A stretch of 64,000 nt of DNA from Podarcis vaucheri (lineage: Eukaryota). The position numbers and the translations under genes are program-made. Location: NCBI GenBank assembly GCA_965113315.1, contig OZ220363.1. One strand, given 5' to 3'. Positions 40,101 to 48,253 of this stretch are shown piece after piece (positions within the stretch are counted from its first letter, which is position 1; each line of letters begins with the position of its first letter). Below the pieces are notes generated by a model. It did not search any database. It was not told the origin of the DNA and saw only the letters and a list, made by a program, of their open reading frames with translations.

Positions 40101-43100
40101 GATACCTGCCTCGCATGAGGGTGTTTGCTTGCTCTTTGACTGATGGAAATTAGTATAATCTCAAGATAAACAAAACTTTATCCACTGTACACTATCTAAG
40201 AATCAAGCCTTAACACCCTACATGTTCCCAAAGATAACAAATCAATAGCTTGAGGAGCTCAGTTTTCATTTCCAGAGCAAAAAGGAACAGGTGCAACTCA
40301 GAGGGGTGTGCAAGCAATCACTTTGTGAGCTAAAGCAGAAAACCTTTAGCTTCAGTATTGCCTCATCTCTGCCTACTAAGAGGCTGGGATGCAAAACTAT
40401 GTAGGAATTTAAAGCAGAGACCAAGAATATGGGAAAGGCGGAAATAATTATGGCTTGGCAATTGCAAGCATATCTGGCTAGCGCTGGAGTCCAAATGAAG
40501 TTAGAAACACCTACGGTCATCATGTGTCGGCTGCACAGATGGATAGTCGTAATTTGACTGCTGCTGCTGTTGATCATACTGCTGGTCTTCATACTGGGAT
40601 TGCTGGTCTTCATACTGGGATTGCTCAACCTGGGTGTTGACTGTGGCAACAGTTAAAACAGTGAGAAAGGGACTGCAACAATTCTGCTAACTAGCAAAAG
40701 GCAATGGCACAGGATTTGACCAAACTTTAATTCATTTCTTCATTAAAAATATTTTTTCCTGGCCCATCAACTTAACAGCTAACAAGCAAAACTACATACA
40801 AAACATCATAGGTGGGGGAACTGGCATCAGCTCAAAATACAATTTTCAAATCATCAACCAGTCTCCTAAAGCCATTCCCTTACTCTATCAAAAGCCCAGC
40901 TAAACAAAGTTGTTTTTAGCATGCTGTCTGAAACCAAGAATGGAAGGGGCTATGTGAAATTCTCAGGAAAGGGCACTCTGAAGTCTAAGCATCAGTATTT
41001 TAAAAGACCTGTCCTTTGCTTCAAACCATGGAGGCATATTGTGCATGGGTGTCTCAGCACACAGGCAGGCTCACTTAAAAGTAGGCAGACCCACAGATTT
41101 GATCTCATGCTAGAAAAATGAATTTCAATAGAGACAAATGTCAGGTTCTACACTTAGGCAGGAAGAACCAGCTGCACAAATTTAAGATGGGGGACACCTA
41201 GCTTGCCAGTAGTACATGTGAAAAGGATCTAGGGGTTTTAGTGGACCACAAGCTTAGCATGAGTCAACAGTGTGATGCAGCAGTAAAAAAAAGAAAAGAA
41301 AAAGACCAATGCTATTCTAGGTTGCAGCAACACAAGTATAGTGTCCTGAACAAGAGAAGTAATAGTACTGCTCTGTTCCACCTTGGTCAGACCACACCTG
41401 GAGTCTTGTGTCCAGTTCTGGGCATCTCAATTTAAGGAGGATATTGGAAAGCTGAAAGCTATGCAGAGGAGGGCAACCAAGATTAGCAAGGGCCTGGAAA
41501 CAAAGCCTGATGAGAAATGGTTGAGGGAATTGGGTATGTTTAGCTTGGGAATGAGCAGGCTGAGAGGAAGGATAATAGCCTTCTTCAAGTATCTAAAGGG
41601 CTGTCACATGGAATACATGGACCAAGCTTGTTTTCCCCTGCTCTGGAAAGTAGGACCTGAACCAGTGGCTTCAAGTTACAAGGAAGGAGATTCTGGCTAA
41701 ACATCAGTAAGAACCTTCTGATAGTAAGAGCTATTCAACAGAGGAACAGACTCCCTCATGAAGTTGTGGATTCTTCTTCATTGGAGGCTTTTAAGCAGAG
41801 GTTGGATGGCCATCTGGCAGGGATGCTTTAATTGAGATTTCTGCATTGCAAGGGGTTGGACTAGATGACCCTCAGGGTCCCTTTCAAGTCTACAGGTCTA
41901 TGATTCTACGATTATCTGTGGCTTTCCATTTGTAAAGTATCAGATGCTTTGAGCTGTTAGAGGAGTTCACTCCACTGGACAAAGCATGTGTTTTACCACT
42001 GAGCTCTGACCCTTCCCAGTAGAAGCAGAGTATCAAGGCAGCAGACCTTTCCCACTCTCCCCCTCACGCCACACAACTGATACTCTATTCAGATTTGTAC
42101 TGCATGAACATGGAGGTTCCACTTAATTATTATGGTTAACAACCTGCCCTCCCTGACTGGTTTTCTGCTCTTCTTTCAAAGTCACCTAAGAGATGCCTTC
42201 ATCTTGCAGCATCAAATTCCATAAATGTGTGTAAAGTGATGAAGGACTTTCTCTTATCTATCCTGAATCAAGTGCTAATCAGTTTCGTTGGGTAACTCCC
42301 TGTTCTGGCATGAGAGAGGGAGAAAATACCTCTTTGTGTCCACTTTCTCAACACAATCCATGCTTTTGTCAATCTCTAGAATTCACCCTTTACTTACCTT
42401 TCTTTTCTGAAGAAAAAAGCCCCCTTCTTTTCTGAGCTCACGTTTCCTGAGTGGGAAACTGCTCCAACCCATTAATCCCTTGAACTGACCTTGCCCAGTT
42501 ATTGAGATAAGGTGGCCAGAACTGTGCAGAATTCATGTTCACCCACACTTCCCCTTGCCCCATGCCTAGAAAGCATGAGTCTCAGGAGTTTTCCACTTGC
42601 CAGACTGCTTTCCCTGGGAAAACCTGCTCTTTCCCACTGAAACAGAGCAATCATCAATTCATGGAAAATCCAGTTGACATTTGCTGTGATTCAGTTGTAA
42701 GGAGCGAGTTTCCCCGGAGGAAAGTGGTGGGACAAGATAAGTGTGGATAGGTCCTTCCAAATGCAACTACACCGCAGACTTATATAAAGACACTGGTATG
42801 GATCTTAGAGACTTAGTGGAGCAGACCCACTAAATGGGGCTTATATTGGTCCAGAGGAACTTTACCCCATTGATTTGAAAGAGAATAAAGCATCATTAAC
42901 TTAGTCTGGATCTAACCCATTATGGCACATTGCCTATTCTATTTCCAATCCCTTTCATAACAAAACCCTAAGGGGAATTTTGCCCTTCAACTGCTGCAGC
43001 ATCCTGAGTTGACATTTTAACTGAGCTTTGCATCTATCGTCACCCTAAGCCAGGTGATAACTTTGATAGGAGTTGGATTGGTCATTAGACCTTTGAAAAT

Positions 43101-44538
43101 CCTGTGTGTAAATTGACAATTGATTGAACACCAAAACCTATTTGCACAATTTTTTGCCGCAGTGTAGCTTCTTGTTGTTGGTATGCAAAATCATACCAAA
43201 ACATGAACCAGTTGAATCAGCCTTGGGTAGCTTCCTCTTCTGGACCACCCACCTTAACCCCTCCCCCCCCAAAAAACCCCAACAAACTTTCCCTTACTTG
43301 CATACAAATCATGTGCAATTCTCCCTGAAACAGCTGTCTTGAATTCTATGCTATTTCTTCAGTATAAATGGGCAGGAGATCTTAAATAAGGCAGATTTGT
43401 AATGATAGTGATGTAGTTCATTCCATGTAGCCTACACCAGCTGTCCTGTGGTGAAGTATTCACTGTATTTACTGATGCCCACATAGAAGATTGTAGCTGT
43501 AAGTGGAAACCATCCTGTTTCAATACACATTTGCAATTGAAGGGGAAGAGAGAGAAGTCATTAACTCAAGAACACTCTCTGTGGATGCACTGCTGAGGAA
43601 ATAACTGGCTCTGGGCTTGGCTGGTTTAGTTTTCAAATAGCTATGTATTGTGCTATTTTCAGAACCTAGAGTTTGCATCCATTTTTGCTCTAGGCTCAGA
43701 AAGAAAATGTGAATGGAACTGGTTGACTCTTGAAATTGTTCTCTATCGAAGATGCTGATAGAAGCAAAGAAGCTTTCAAACCTGTGTTTCCCTTAAAAGT
43801 ATTGTCTCATTTTCGCAGAGCATTTTAGTTCCATGGATCACAATGGTATGTCCCTTATTTCAGAATACTTTGATTCCATGGAAGGCCACAGAAAAATGCT
43901 CCACCGGCACAAAGTCCTATTCTGGTACCCCTTTCTGTATGGCTGATCGCAAACATAACTGGATTTAAACTGGAACTCAGTTCATCAAAGTCAGCAAGAG
44001 TTTTGCTACTGACTTCAAAAGGCTTAATGATGCAGTCATATGGTTTTACAAAGAATATATACAATTCTCTCTTTGCCTTATTAACCTGCCAGGTTTGCTC
44101 CTTTCGACAATCACATTTTACAAACCTCATTCGTACTAGTAAAAATCAATCAATCAGTGTCTGAGCATAAAAGATGAAACCAATTTTTAATGGCTTTTAT
44201 ACTGAGGCTGATCTACTTACTGATCATGGCCTATTGATCTACCAAACGACTGCCTCGGGGCACTGGGGCAGTGAATTTTATATCCCTGAAACCTGAGCAT
44301 ATTGTCTTTAGAATGGTGATAGGAAAATACAGGGCAAATATGTTTAAAGTCCTGATTAGATTTAATGAGGCAAAGCAAACAAAATCACTGTAAAGTCCTT
44401 CGGACCATGGAGAAAGCAGGCACTAGCTGATGCCCAGGGAATGAAGTTCTGTTAAAATTTCCTACCTTTTTGGCATGTTAAGGCGATCACTAGCATTGGT
44501 ATCCATAGTGGTATCCTTGCCCCCCTGCCTGTCCCCAT
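2018..44538 (-). CDS. MUC5AC: Gel-forming mucin, MUC5AC-like; exons 1-32 (partial, continues left of the window; D4/VWC/CK exons not seen)
   Basis: 32 GT-AG exons with consistent phases join into 3,691 open codons. Domain order is SP-D1-D2-D'-D3-(CysD/PTS)n, and the giant exon is exon 31 as in human MUC5AC/MUC5B. Segments such as [49 protein letters not shown] and [28 protein letters not shown] are closest to MUC5AC as I remember it. Mucin identity is certain; the AC versus B orthology is less so. Confidence 0.85.
2461..9204 (-). CDS. MUC5AC: Exon 31: central exon, 10 CysD domains plus Thr-rich PTS
   Basis: Acceptor ccctcacag| at 9205 and donor G|gtaagt at 2460; 6,744 nt. CysD domains (WxxW, GD.ET, CRAE, NYE.R..CC) at about 8885-9184, 8408-8704, 7625-7930, 6653-6958, 5903-6208, 5255-5560, 4403-4708, 3860-4165, 3317-3622 and 2678-2983. 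Confidence 0.97.
2510..7170 (-). repeat. Coding higher-order tandem repeat: 7 near-identical 306-bp CysD units separated by variable numbers of ~100-bp PTS modules
   Basis: CysD spacings of 750, 648, 852, 543, 543 and 639 bp. Confidence 0.95.
10479..10712 (-). CDS. MUC5AC: Exon 30 (CHCIYEG...[18 protein letters not shown] + short Thr tract)
   Basis: 234 nt, phase 1-1. Confidence 0.95.
10814..10860 (-). CDS. MUC5AC: Exon 29 ([16 protein letters not shown])
   Basis: 47 nt, phase 2-1, bridges exons 28 and 30 in frame. Confidence 0.9.
11130..11345. mobile_element. hAT (Charlie-like) non-autonomous fragment
   Basis: Repeated GTAGATC subterminal motifs and a terminal GAGTTGGCCACCCC. Confidence 0.55.
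11882..12058. mobile_element. PIF/Harbinger-like MITE
   Basis: Imperfect ~30-bp TIRs GGCTGTGTACA...TGTACACAGCC; CAA/TAA flanks. Confidence 0.6.
12450..12600 (-). CDS. MUC5AC: Exon 28: TIL3/E3 ([20 protein letters not shown])
   Basis: 151 nt. Confidence 0.95.
12689..12825. mobile_element. Short hAT-type MITE of the common squamate 'ACTACAACTCCCATCA' family
   Basis: TIRs CAGGGATG...CATCCCTG; partial 8-bp TSD CCATAAAC/CCATATCT; related copies near 16680, 27640, 28730, 36980 and 50990. Confidence 0.6.
13672..13800 (-). CDS. MUC5AC: Exon 27: TIL3 (LFCDYYNP...CEWHYQPCG)
   Basis: 129 nt. Confidence 0.97.
14724..14880 (-). CDS. MUC5AC: Exon 26: C8-3 ([23 protein letters not shown])
   Basis: Conserved D3 multimerisation cysteine region; 157 nt. 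Confidence 0.97.
15498..15737 (-). CDS. MUC5AC: Exon 25: VWD3 end/C8-3 ([12 protein letters not shown]...[10 protein letters not shown])
   Basis: 240 nt. Confidence 0.97.
17253..17435 (-). CDS. MUC5AC: Exon 24: VWD3 (...[16 protein letters not shown])
   Basis: 183 nt. Confidence 0.96.
17632..17880 (+). mobile_element. Penelope-like element fragment (pLTR/3' region)
   Basis: TATATATAAGGG...CTGAAGAAGTGTGCATGCACAC...TTAGTTGG..CTAAGGTGCTACTGG...CAGACCAACACGGCTACC signature of reptile Penelope elements. Confidence 0.8.
17995..18108 (-). CDS. MUC5AC: Exon 23: VWD3 ([22 protein letters not shown])
   Basis: 114 nt. Confidence 0.96.
18216..18354 (-). CDS. MUC5AC: Exon 22: E'/VWD3 start ([18 protein letters not shown])
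   Basis: 139 nt. Confidence 0.96.
18470..18621 (-). CDS. MUC5AC: Exon 21: TIL'/E' ([12 protein letters not shown]...[10 protein letters not shown])
   Basis: 152 nt. Confidence 0.96.
19242..19342 (-). CDS. MUC5AC: Exon 20: TIL' ([14 protein letters not shown]...[12 protein letters not shown])
   Basis: 101 nt. Confidence 0.96.
19732..19784 (-). CDS. MUC5AC: Exon 19 ([18 protein letters not shown])
   Basis: 53 nt, phase 2-1. Confidence 0.93.
20100..20470 (+). mobile_element. Old CR1/L3-type LINE 3' fragment
   Basis: AGAGGATTAGACAAATTCATGGAGGA and TTGGACTAG..GGCCTTTGGTCTGATCCAG tail motifs. Confidence 0.65.
20656..21035 (+). mobile_element. 5'-truncated L1 with poly(A) and 21-bp TSD
   Basis: ORF2-like C-terminus (LAEMT...[12 protein letters not shown]), 3' UTR, AATAAA, A-tail; TSD AAGGAAATTTTGTCTATTCCC at 20635-20655 and 21036-21056. 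Confidence 0.88.
21096..21348 (-). CDS. MUC5AC: Exon 18: TIL2/E2
   Basis: [15 protein letters not shown]...VDGCTC; 253 nt. Confidence 0.96.
22944..23070 (-). CDS. MUC5AC: Exon 17: C8-2 ([31 protein letters not shown]...)
   Basis: 127 nt. Confidence 0.96.
23523..23617 (-). CDS. MUC5AC: Exon 16: C8-2 ([22 protein letters not shown]...)
   Basis: 95 nt. Confidence 0.95.
24502..24666 (-). CDS. MUC5AC: Exon 15: VWD2 end ([14 protein letters not shown]...[10 protein letters not shown])
   Basis: CGLCGNF motif; 165 nt. Confidence 0.96.
24692..25515 (-). mobile_element. L2 LINE 3' fragment
   Basis: RT C-terminus ([39 protein letters not shown]) and GGGCGGGGTATAAATAA tail with (TTG)n. Confidence 0.9.
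25614..25751 (-). CDS. MUC5AC: Exon 14: VWD2 ([12 protein letters not shown]...KEQTC)
   Basis: 138 nt. Confidence 0.96.
26081..26150 (-). CDS. MUC5AC: Exon 13: VWD2 ([23 protein letters not shown])
   Basis: 70 nt, phase 0-1. Confidence 0.95.
26999..27109 (-). CDS. MUC5AC: Exon 12: VWD2 ([26 protein letters not shown]...)
   Basis: 111 nt, phase 0-0. Confidence 0.95.
27868..28242 (+). mobile_element. Sauria SINE, full length (subfamily A)
   Basis: GGGACGCGGGTGGCG head, GGTTCGAATCC B-box, (ACCTTT)n tail, TSD TAAGTCCAACTAG. Confidence 0.93.
28257..28490 (+). mobile_element. Sauria SINE, 5'-truncated (subfamily B)
   Basis: Body matches the copy at 59841; TSD TAAGTCCAACTAGC at 28243 and 28491. 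Confidence 0.9.
29108..29246 (-). CDS. MUC5AC: Exon 11: E1/VWD2 start (CTGGQWAC...[13 protein letters not shown])
   Basis: 139 nt. Confidence 0.96.
30144..30261 (-). CDS. MUC5AC: Exon 10: TIL1/E1 ([24 protein letters not shown]...)
   Basis: 118 nt, phase 1-2. Confidence 0.95.
30313..30932 (+). mobile_element. Candidate solo LTR
   Basis: TGTGAG...CTCACA inverted ends; AGTAAA followed by a GT-rich tract; no TSD found. Confidence 0.4.
31077..31157 (+). repeat. Compound microsatellite (AGT)n(GT)n
   Basis: Directly visible. Confidence 0.97.
31792..31917 (-). CDS. MUC5AC: Exon 9: TIL1 ([16 protein letters not shown]...[13 protein letters not shown])
   Basis: TIL cysteine pattern; 126 nt. Confidence 0.96.
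32050..32410 (+). mobile_element. Degenerate CR1 3' fragment
   Basis: [14 protein letters not shown]...LEVFKQRL homology to the other CR1 copies. Confidence 0.75.
32479..32695 (-). CDS. MUC5AC: Exon 8: C8-1 (...[12 protein letters not shown]...WRTEDLC)
   Basis: C8 motif; 217 nt. Confidence 0.96.
32916..33025 (-). CDS. MUC5AC: Exon 7 ([24 protein letters not shown]...)
   Basis: Mucin D1 linker homology; 110 nt. Confidence 0.95.
33721..33904 (+). mobile_element. tRNA-derived squamate SINE (Squam-type)
   Basis: TAGCTCAGCGGTAGAGCA A-box, GTTCAATTCC B-box, and a GCTAGATGGACCA..GTATAAGGCAGCTTCCTATGTTC tail. Confidence 0.85.
34205..34295 (-). CDS. MUC5AC: Exon 6: VWD1 end ([20 protein letters not shown])
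   Basis: CGLCG motif; 91 nt. Confidence 0.96.
35307..35421 (-). CDS. MUC5AC: Exon 5: VWD1 ([14 protein letters not shown]...[11 protein letters not shown])
   Basis: AG/GT boundaries; 115 nt, phase 2-0. Confidence 0.95.
35870..36131 (-). CDS. MUC5AC: Exon 4: VWD1 start ([24 protein letters not shown]...)
   Basis: VWD motif CSTWG..H.KTFDG; AG/GT boundaries; 262 nt. Confidence 0.96.
36775..36846 (-). CDS. MUC5AC: Exon 3: [24 protein letters not shown]
   Basis: tttccatcag| and AAG|gtaagt; 72 nt, phase 1-1; resembles the MUC5 pre-D1 segment (TVFPSLRTIPVVR). Confidence 0.88.
37134..37495 (+). mobile_element. Sauria SINE, full length, CpG-rich (young, subfamily A)
   Basis: 13-bp TSD TAAGGTAGAGGCC at 37121 and 37496; ACCTTT tail. 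Confidence 0.94.
39570..39650 (+). mobile_element. L2 3' terminal fragment
   Basis: AAGCCGCCCAGAGTGG...GGGCGGGGTATAAATAA, same as the tail at 24730. Confidence 0.75.
40515..40640 (-). CDS. MUC5AC: Exon 2: [42 protein letters not shown]
   Basis: Acceptor ttttaactgttgccacag|, donor CC|gtaggt; 126 nt, phase 1-1; open in the frame joining exons 1 and 3; its inclusion makes the central exon number 31. No homology support. Confidence 0.72.
41115..41913 (+). mobile_element. CR1 LINE 3' fragment (intermediate age)
   Basis: [12 protein letters not shown]...QRRATK RT motifs and an ATTCTA tail. Confidence 0.9.
44466..44538 (-). CDS. MUC5AC: Exon 1 (coding part): signal peptide [24 protein letters not shown]
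   Basis: ATG in gccaagATGG context ~70 nt after the TATA box; hydrophobic core; donor AG|gtagg; 73 nt, phase 1. Confidence 0.9.
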
Positions 44539-44599
44539 CTTGGCTGGGATTCGGCAACAGGTACCGAACGACAGGCTTCTGAGGAGGCACCTGTCTTTT

Positions 44600-44810
44600 G
44601 ATGAGTCTTATATAGCAGGAGTGTGGACTTTGGCTCAGTTCCCAGATTGTTTCACAAGTTTCCTAAGAGGTGGGGCTTCAGAGATTTTTAGCAGGTGCAT
44701 AGGTAAATAGATGATTTTATTTTTTTTACTCTGTCAGGGGCTGGCCAAGTGTATTTGCATCTGGGGAGGAGTGTTAATTTTAAGGGAATTTTTTTTTCCT
44801 GTGAAGGAAC
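44600..44810 (-). promoter_or_regulatory. Mucin proximal promoter: TATA box with HNF4-, KLF-, FOX-, octamer- and STAT6-type motifs
   Basis: TATATAAG at 44614-44607 (minus strand); CAAAGTCCA 44632-44624; GGTGGGGC ~44669; GTAAATA 44703-44709; TATTTGCAT 44752-44760; TTCCTGTGAA 44796-44805. The TATA box is well placed; the other motifs are sequence matches only. Confidence 0.7.
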
Positions 44811-44932
44811 TCAGGAGGAACAAGCAGTGGAGAACATCCTTCCCTTGAGGCTAATTTTCATTAAAACATTTTTGGAAGACCTGTAAAACAAATGTAATTT
44901 TGGAATCCTTAGAGGAAAGTGGTTGACTTACA

Positions 44933-44938
44933 GTGTGC

Positions 44939-45002
<64 letters not shown>
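44933..45002 (+). repeat. Compound microsatellite (GT)n(GA)n
   Basis: Directly visible. Confidence 0.97.
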
Positions 45003-45005
<3 letters not shown>

Positions 45006-47267
45006 GTTCTAGGACATATCTCATGATTGTGGCTCGCATAATTTCAGAAGAGCTTTTGTGTTGATTGCTGTGTTTGCTGGGAATGGCATGATAACTCAAA
45101 ATTACATGAAGATTAGCAGCCCGAAAATTATTTATTTATTTGCACAATTTTTGGACTACCCTTTCCATCTAGTCAGGAGTGAGTGCTAAAACTAACATTC
45201 ATTGAAATAGATCATATTAAATAAAAATAAAAACAGAATAAAAATCAAAGCCAGGGCTGGCCCAGGACATTTTGCCGCTCCAGCCCAAACTGAAAATGCT
45301 GAATCTACCTCTTACTCCACAGCCACCATTATTCCAAGGGAATAAAAGGAGCCAGAGAAAAGCAGGTGGTAGGTGGGTGGGCAGTGGGTGAGTGGTAGTG
45401 GATGCATGGTGGCAGCACCCATCCCAGCTGTCTGGAACCTGCCACCCTGAAGTGATGGCCTCAACACACCTCATAGCCACACAGCCCTGATCAAACTGCT
45501 TCATAGCAATAGCCAGACAACATAGGCCATACTGAAAACCAGTAGAGATTAATGAATGGCATTGTCTTTTTAAAAGAAGTATTGAGTTTATGGTAAAACA
45601 TTATTAGGGAAAATGCCCATTTCAAGCTCCTCAATTGCATATCTCAAGTATATGGGTGGGTACACATTTAGGAAGGCCTTTGCAAATGGAAGACGTGACA
45701 ACTCCTCAATCCTTCATGTTTAAACATTCACATTTCCTCAGTTTGTGTGTTATTCTGCCCAGTAACCCCTGGCAGATCAGATCTTTGCTATTGCCAAACA
45801 GGTAGTATAACTTCCCATAAATATTTAGATATACTGTATATCTATCCATATGGTATACATAGAAATGAAAAGGGTCTCACCTCACCATTTCTTCCACATA
45901 AAATTTTATGAGCCTGTTTCCCACGTTGCACAGCAGAAATATTTTACCAGCTCTGTAGCTTTACAGGAATTTATTTTAAGAAGGTACCATTGTATTCAGA
46001 ACAATGTAAATGCTAGACAGTAAGCATTTTTGTAAGCAGGCCAGTGGTTTTATTTAAAGAACTATTACCTCTACCTGCTAGGCTCTTCGATACATGGCAT
46101 CTCTTGTTGCACAAAAATGAGCGTTTAATTCAACAGATCTAGCCCTGTAAGTCATGTTCTTGCTGAAGGGGATTTGTTTAGGCTTGGCAAATTTGTTTGA
46201 GCTGGGAGAGGGTGGTGAGACCTTTACAAGGTGACAGAGAATGTAATGTTTCCCTTGTACACCAATCGACAGTATAATAAATTTGCACTGTACATAAGAA
46301 TAGCTCAGCAGAGACCATCAATCACCTTTTACTTCATGAATCAAAACTCTGGGAAAAACCTATTGGCTAGATTAGGGTTACAAGAGATATTAGACAGAAA
46401 GAATGAAGCCCAAACAAATGTGGACCATGTCACAAATTACTCAATAAATTGGATTGTCAACAAGACTCCAAATTACTGGAAGGAAGTGGATTATAATAGC
46501 AGAACAACCCAACCAAATACTTCCATATGAACAGTGCTACTCATTTCTGAGCTGTCTTTCACTTTAACTTAAGCATTTGTGTCTGTCAGCTAGAGACATT
46601 CCAGCCAGACAGGCTGATATGCATTCTATACTCTTAGTTACAGAATTTATGGATGTGAGCTCATTTACCTCAGAATCCAGTGGTAAAGCTTGGACTGAAC
46701 CACTTCAGGCTGTGCAGGCAGAACTAACAGATTAGCACATAACAACTGAGAACTCTCTGATAGTCAAAATGAAAATTGGGCAGAATCCTTTACATGCTAC
46801 CTATTCTGCTAATATATACTGGCAGTCTATGAGCAGAGATGTGTGCAAAAACCAACCATATTAGAATAAATAACACTAATTAAATACATCTGCATTTTTT
46901 AGTTGCATAATTTAATTTGCTGTGAAGGCAAATTATGCCATCAGTAGATTTCTTAAATATTTGTACTGATTTCAGTCAAGGTTGAGTAACATCCTTCAGG
47001 CACAGTACAGTGTACACCCATGTGAAAGGTGCCATTAAAAAGACCTGTTTCCATGGGCAGTCTGATTCTGGGATTTGGTTCATATGGCAACATCGGAAGC
47101 AGAAATATGAACCAAGGGCAACTAAAGTGTGGCTTTGTTGCTGGTAAATGCCTGTCCCGCCATCCATTATGTTATAGAATCTGCTTCTATGGTTTCTGTG
47201 GCCCATAACAACCCAAAGAATGCCACACATAGGGATGGGATCGGGCATTCTCTGCACAGTGGCATAA

Positions 47268-47788
47268 GAACCTCACCTGGAGTACTGTGTCCAGTTCTGG
47301 GCACCACAGTTCAAGAAGGACACTGACAAACTGGAACGTGTCCAGAGGAGGGCAACCAAAATGGTCAAAGGCCTGGAAACGATGCCTTATGAGGAACAGC
47401 TAAGGGAGCTGAGCATGTTTAGCCTGGAGAAGAGGAGGTTAAGGGGTGATATGATAGCCATGTTCAAATATATAAAAGGATGTCATATAGAGGAGGGAGA
47501 AAGGTTGTTTTCTGCTGCTCCAGAGAAGCGGACATGGAGCAATGGATCCAAATTACAAGAAAGAAGATTCCACCTAAACATTAGGAAGAACTTCCTGACA
47601 GTAAGAGCTGTTCGACAGTGGAATTTGCTGCCAAGGAGTGTGGTGGAGTCTCCTACTTTGGAGGTCTTTAAGCAGAGGCTTGACAACCATATGTCAGGAG
47701 TGCTCTGATGGTGTTTCCTGCTTGGCAGGGGGTTGGACTCGATGGCCCTTGTGGTCTCTTCCAACACTATGATTCTATGATTCTATGA
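47268..47788 (+). mobile_element. CR1 LINE 3' fragment (young)
   Basis: Open RT C-terminal frame ([10 protein letters not shown]...LEVFKQRLD) and an (ATTCTATG)n tail. Confidence 0.94.
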
Positions 47789-48253
47789 ACCATTGAGCAT
47801 GAAGAGTCAGGTTCTGCTGGCAGTATTCCATAATCTTTGATGGATTCAGCCCGCAGCCCATGGCGGAAACTTGCATTGACAAGTTAATTTGTAATTAAAT
47901 CAACGGCAACTTTAGACTGGCTAAATGTAAGCCATTCTTAAAACAGATGCACAAAAATAACTCAGGTGGAAGATGTTTCCATAGTGCTTGCAAATGATTC
48001 CGATAATGACTTCACTCTCACTTCCTGCTTCCCCATACTTTTTACTTCAACTCAACACATCTCTGACCTCCTCAGTTGCTGAAATGCAAACAGGAAACCA
48101 GTTGATTGAAGGATTTTAAATATAACAGGCTGCTCAAGGCATCTCCCATTAATGTTTGTGAGGGAGGAATAAATGTCAAGGCTGGCAATGGGGAAGATGC
48201 TACAAGAAACAAGGCACTCAATAGTGCTGAGCATTTTGGTCAGCAGAAAGCAC

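Noticed and set aside
2018-44538. Assignment as MUC2, MUC6 or VWF
   Set aside because: Ten CysD domains, a central exon numbered 31, the extra N-terminal exons and the missing Met triad fit MUC5.
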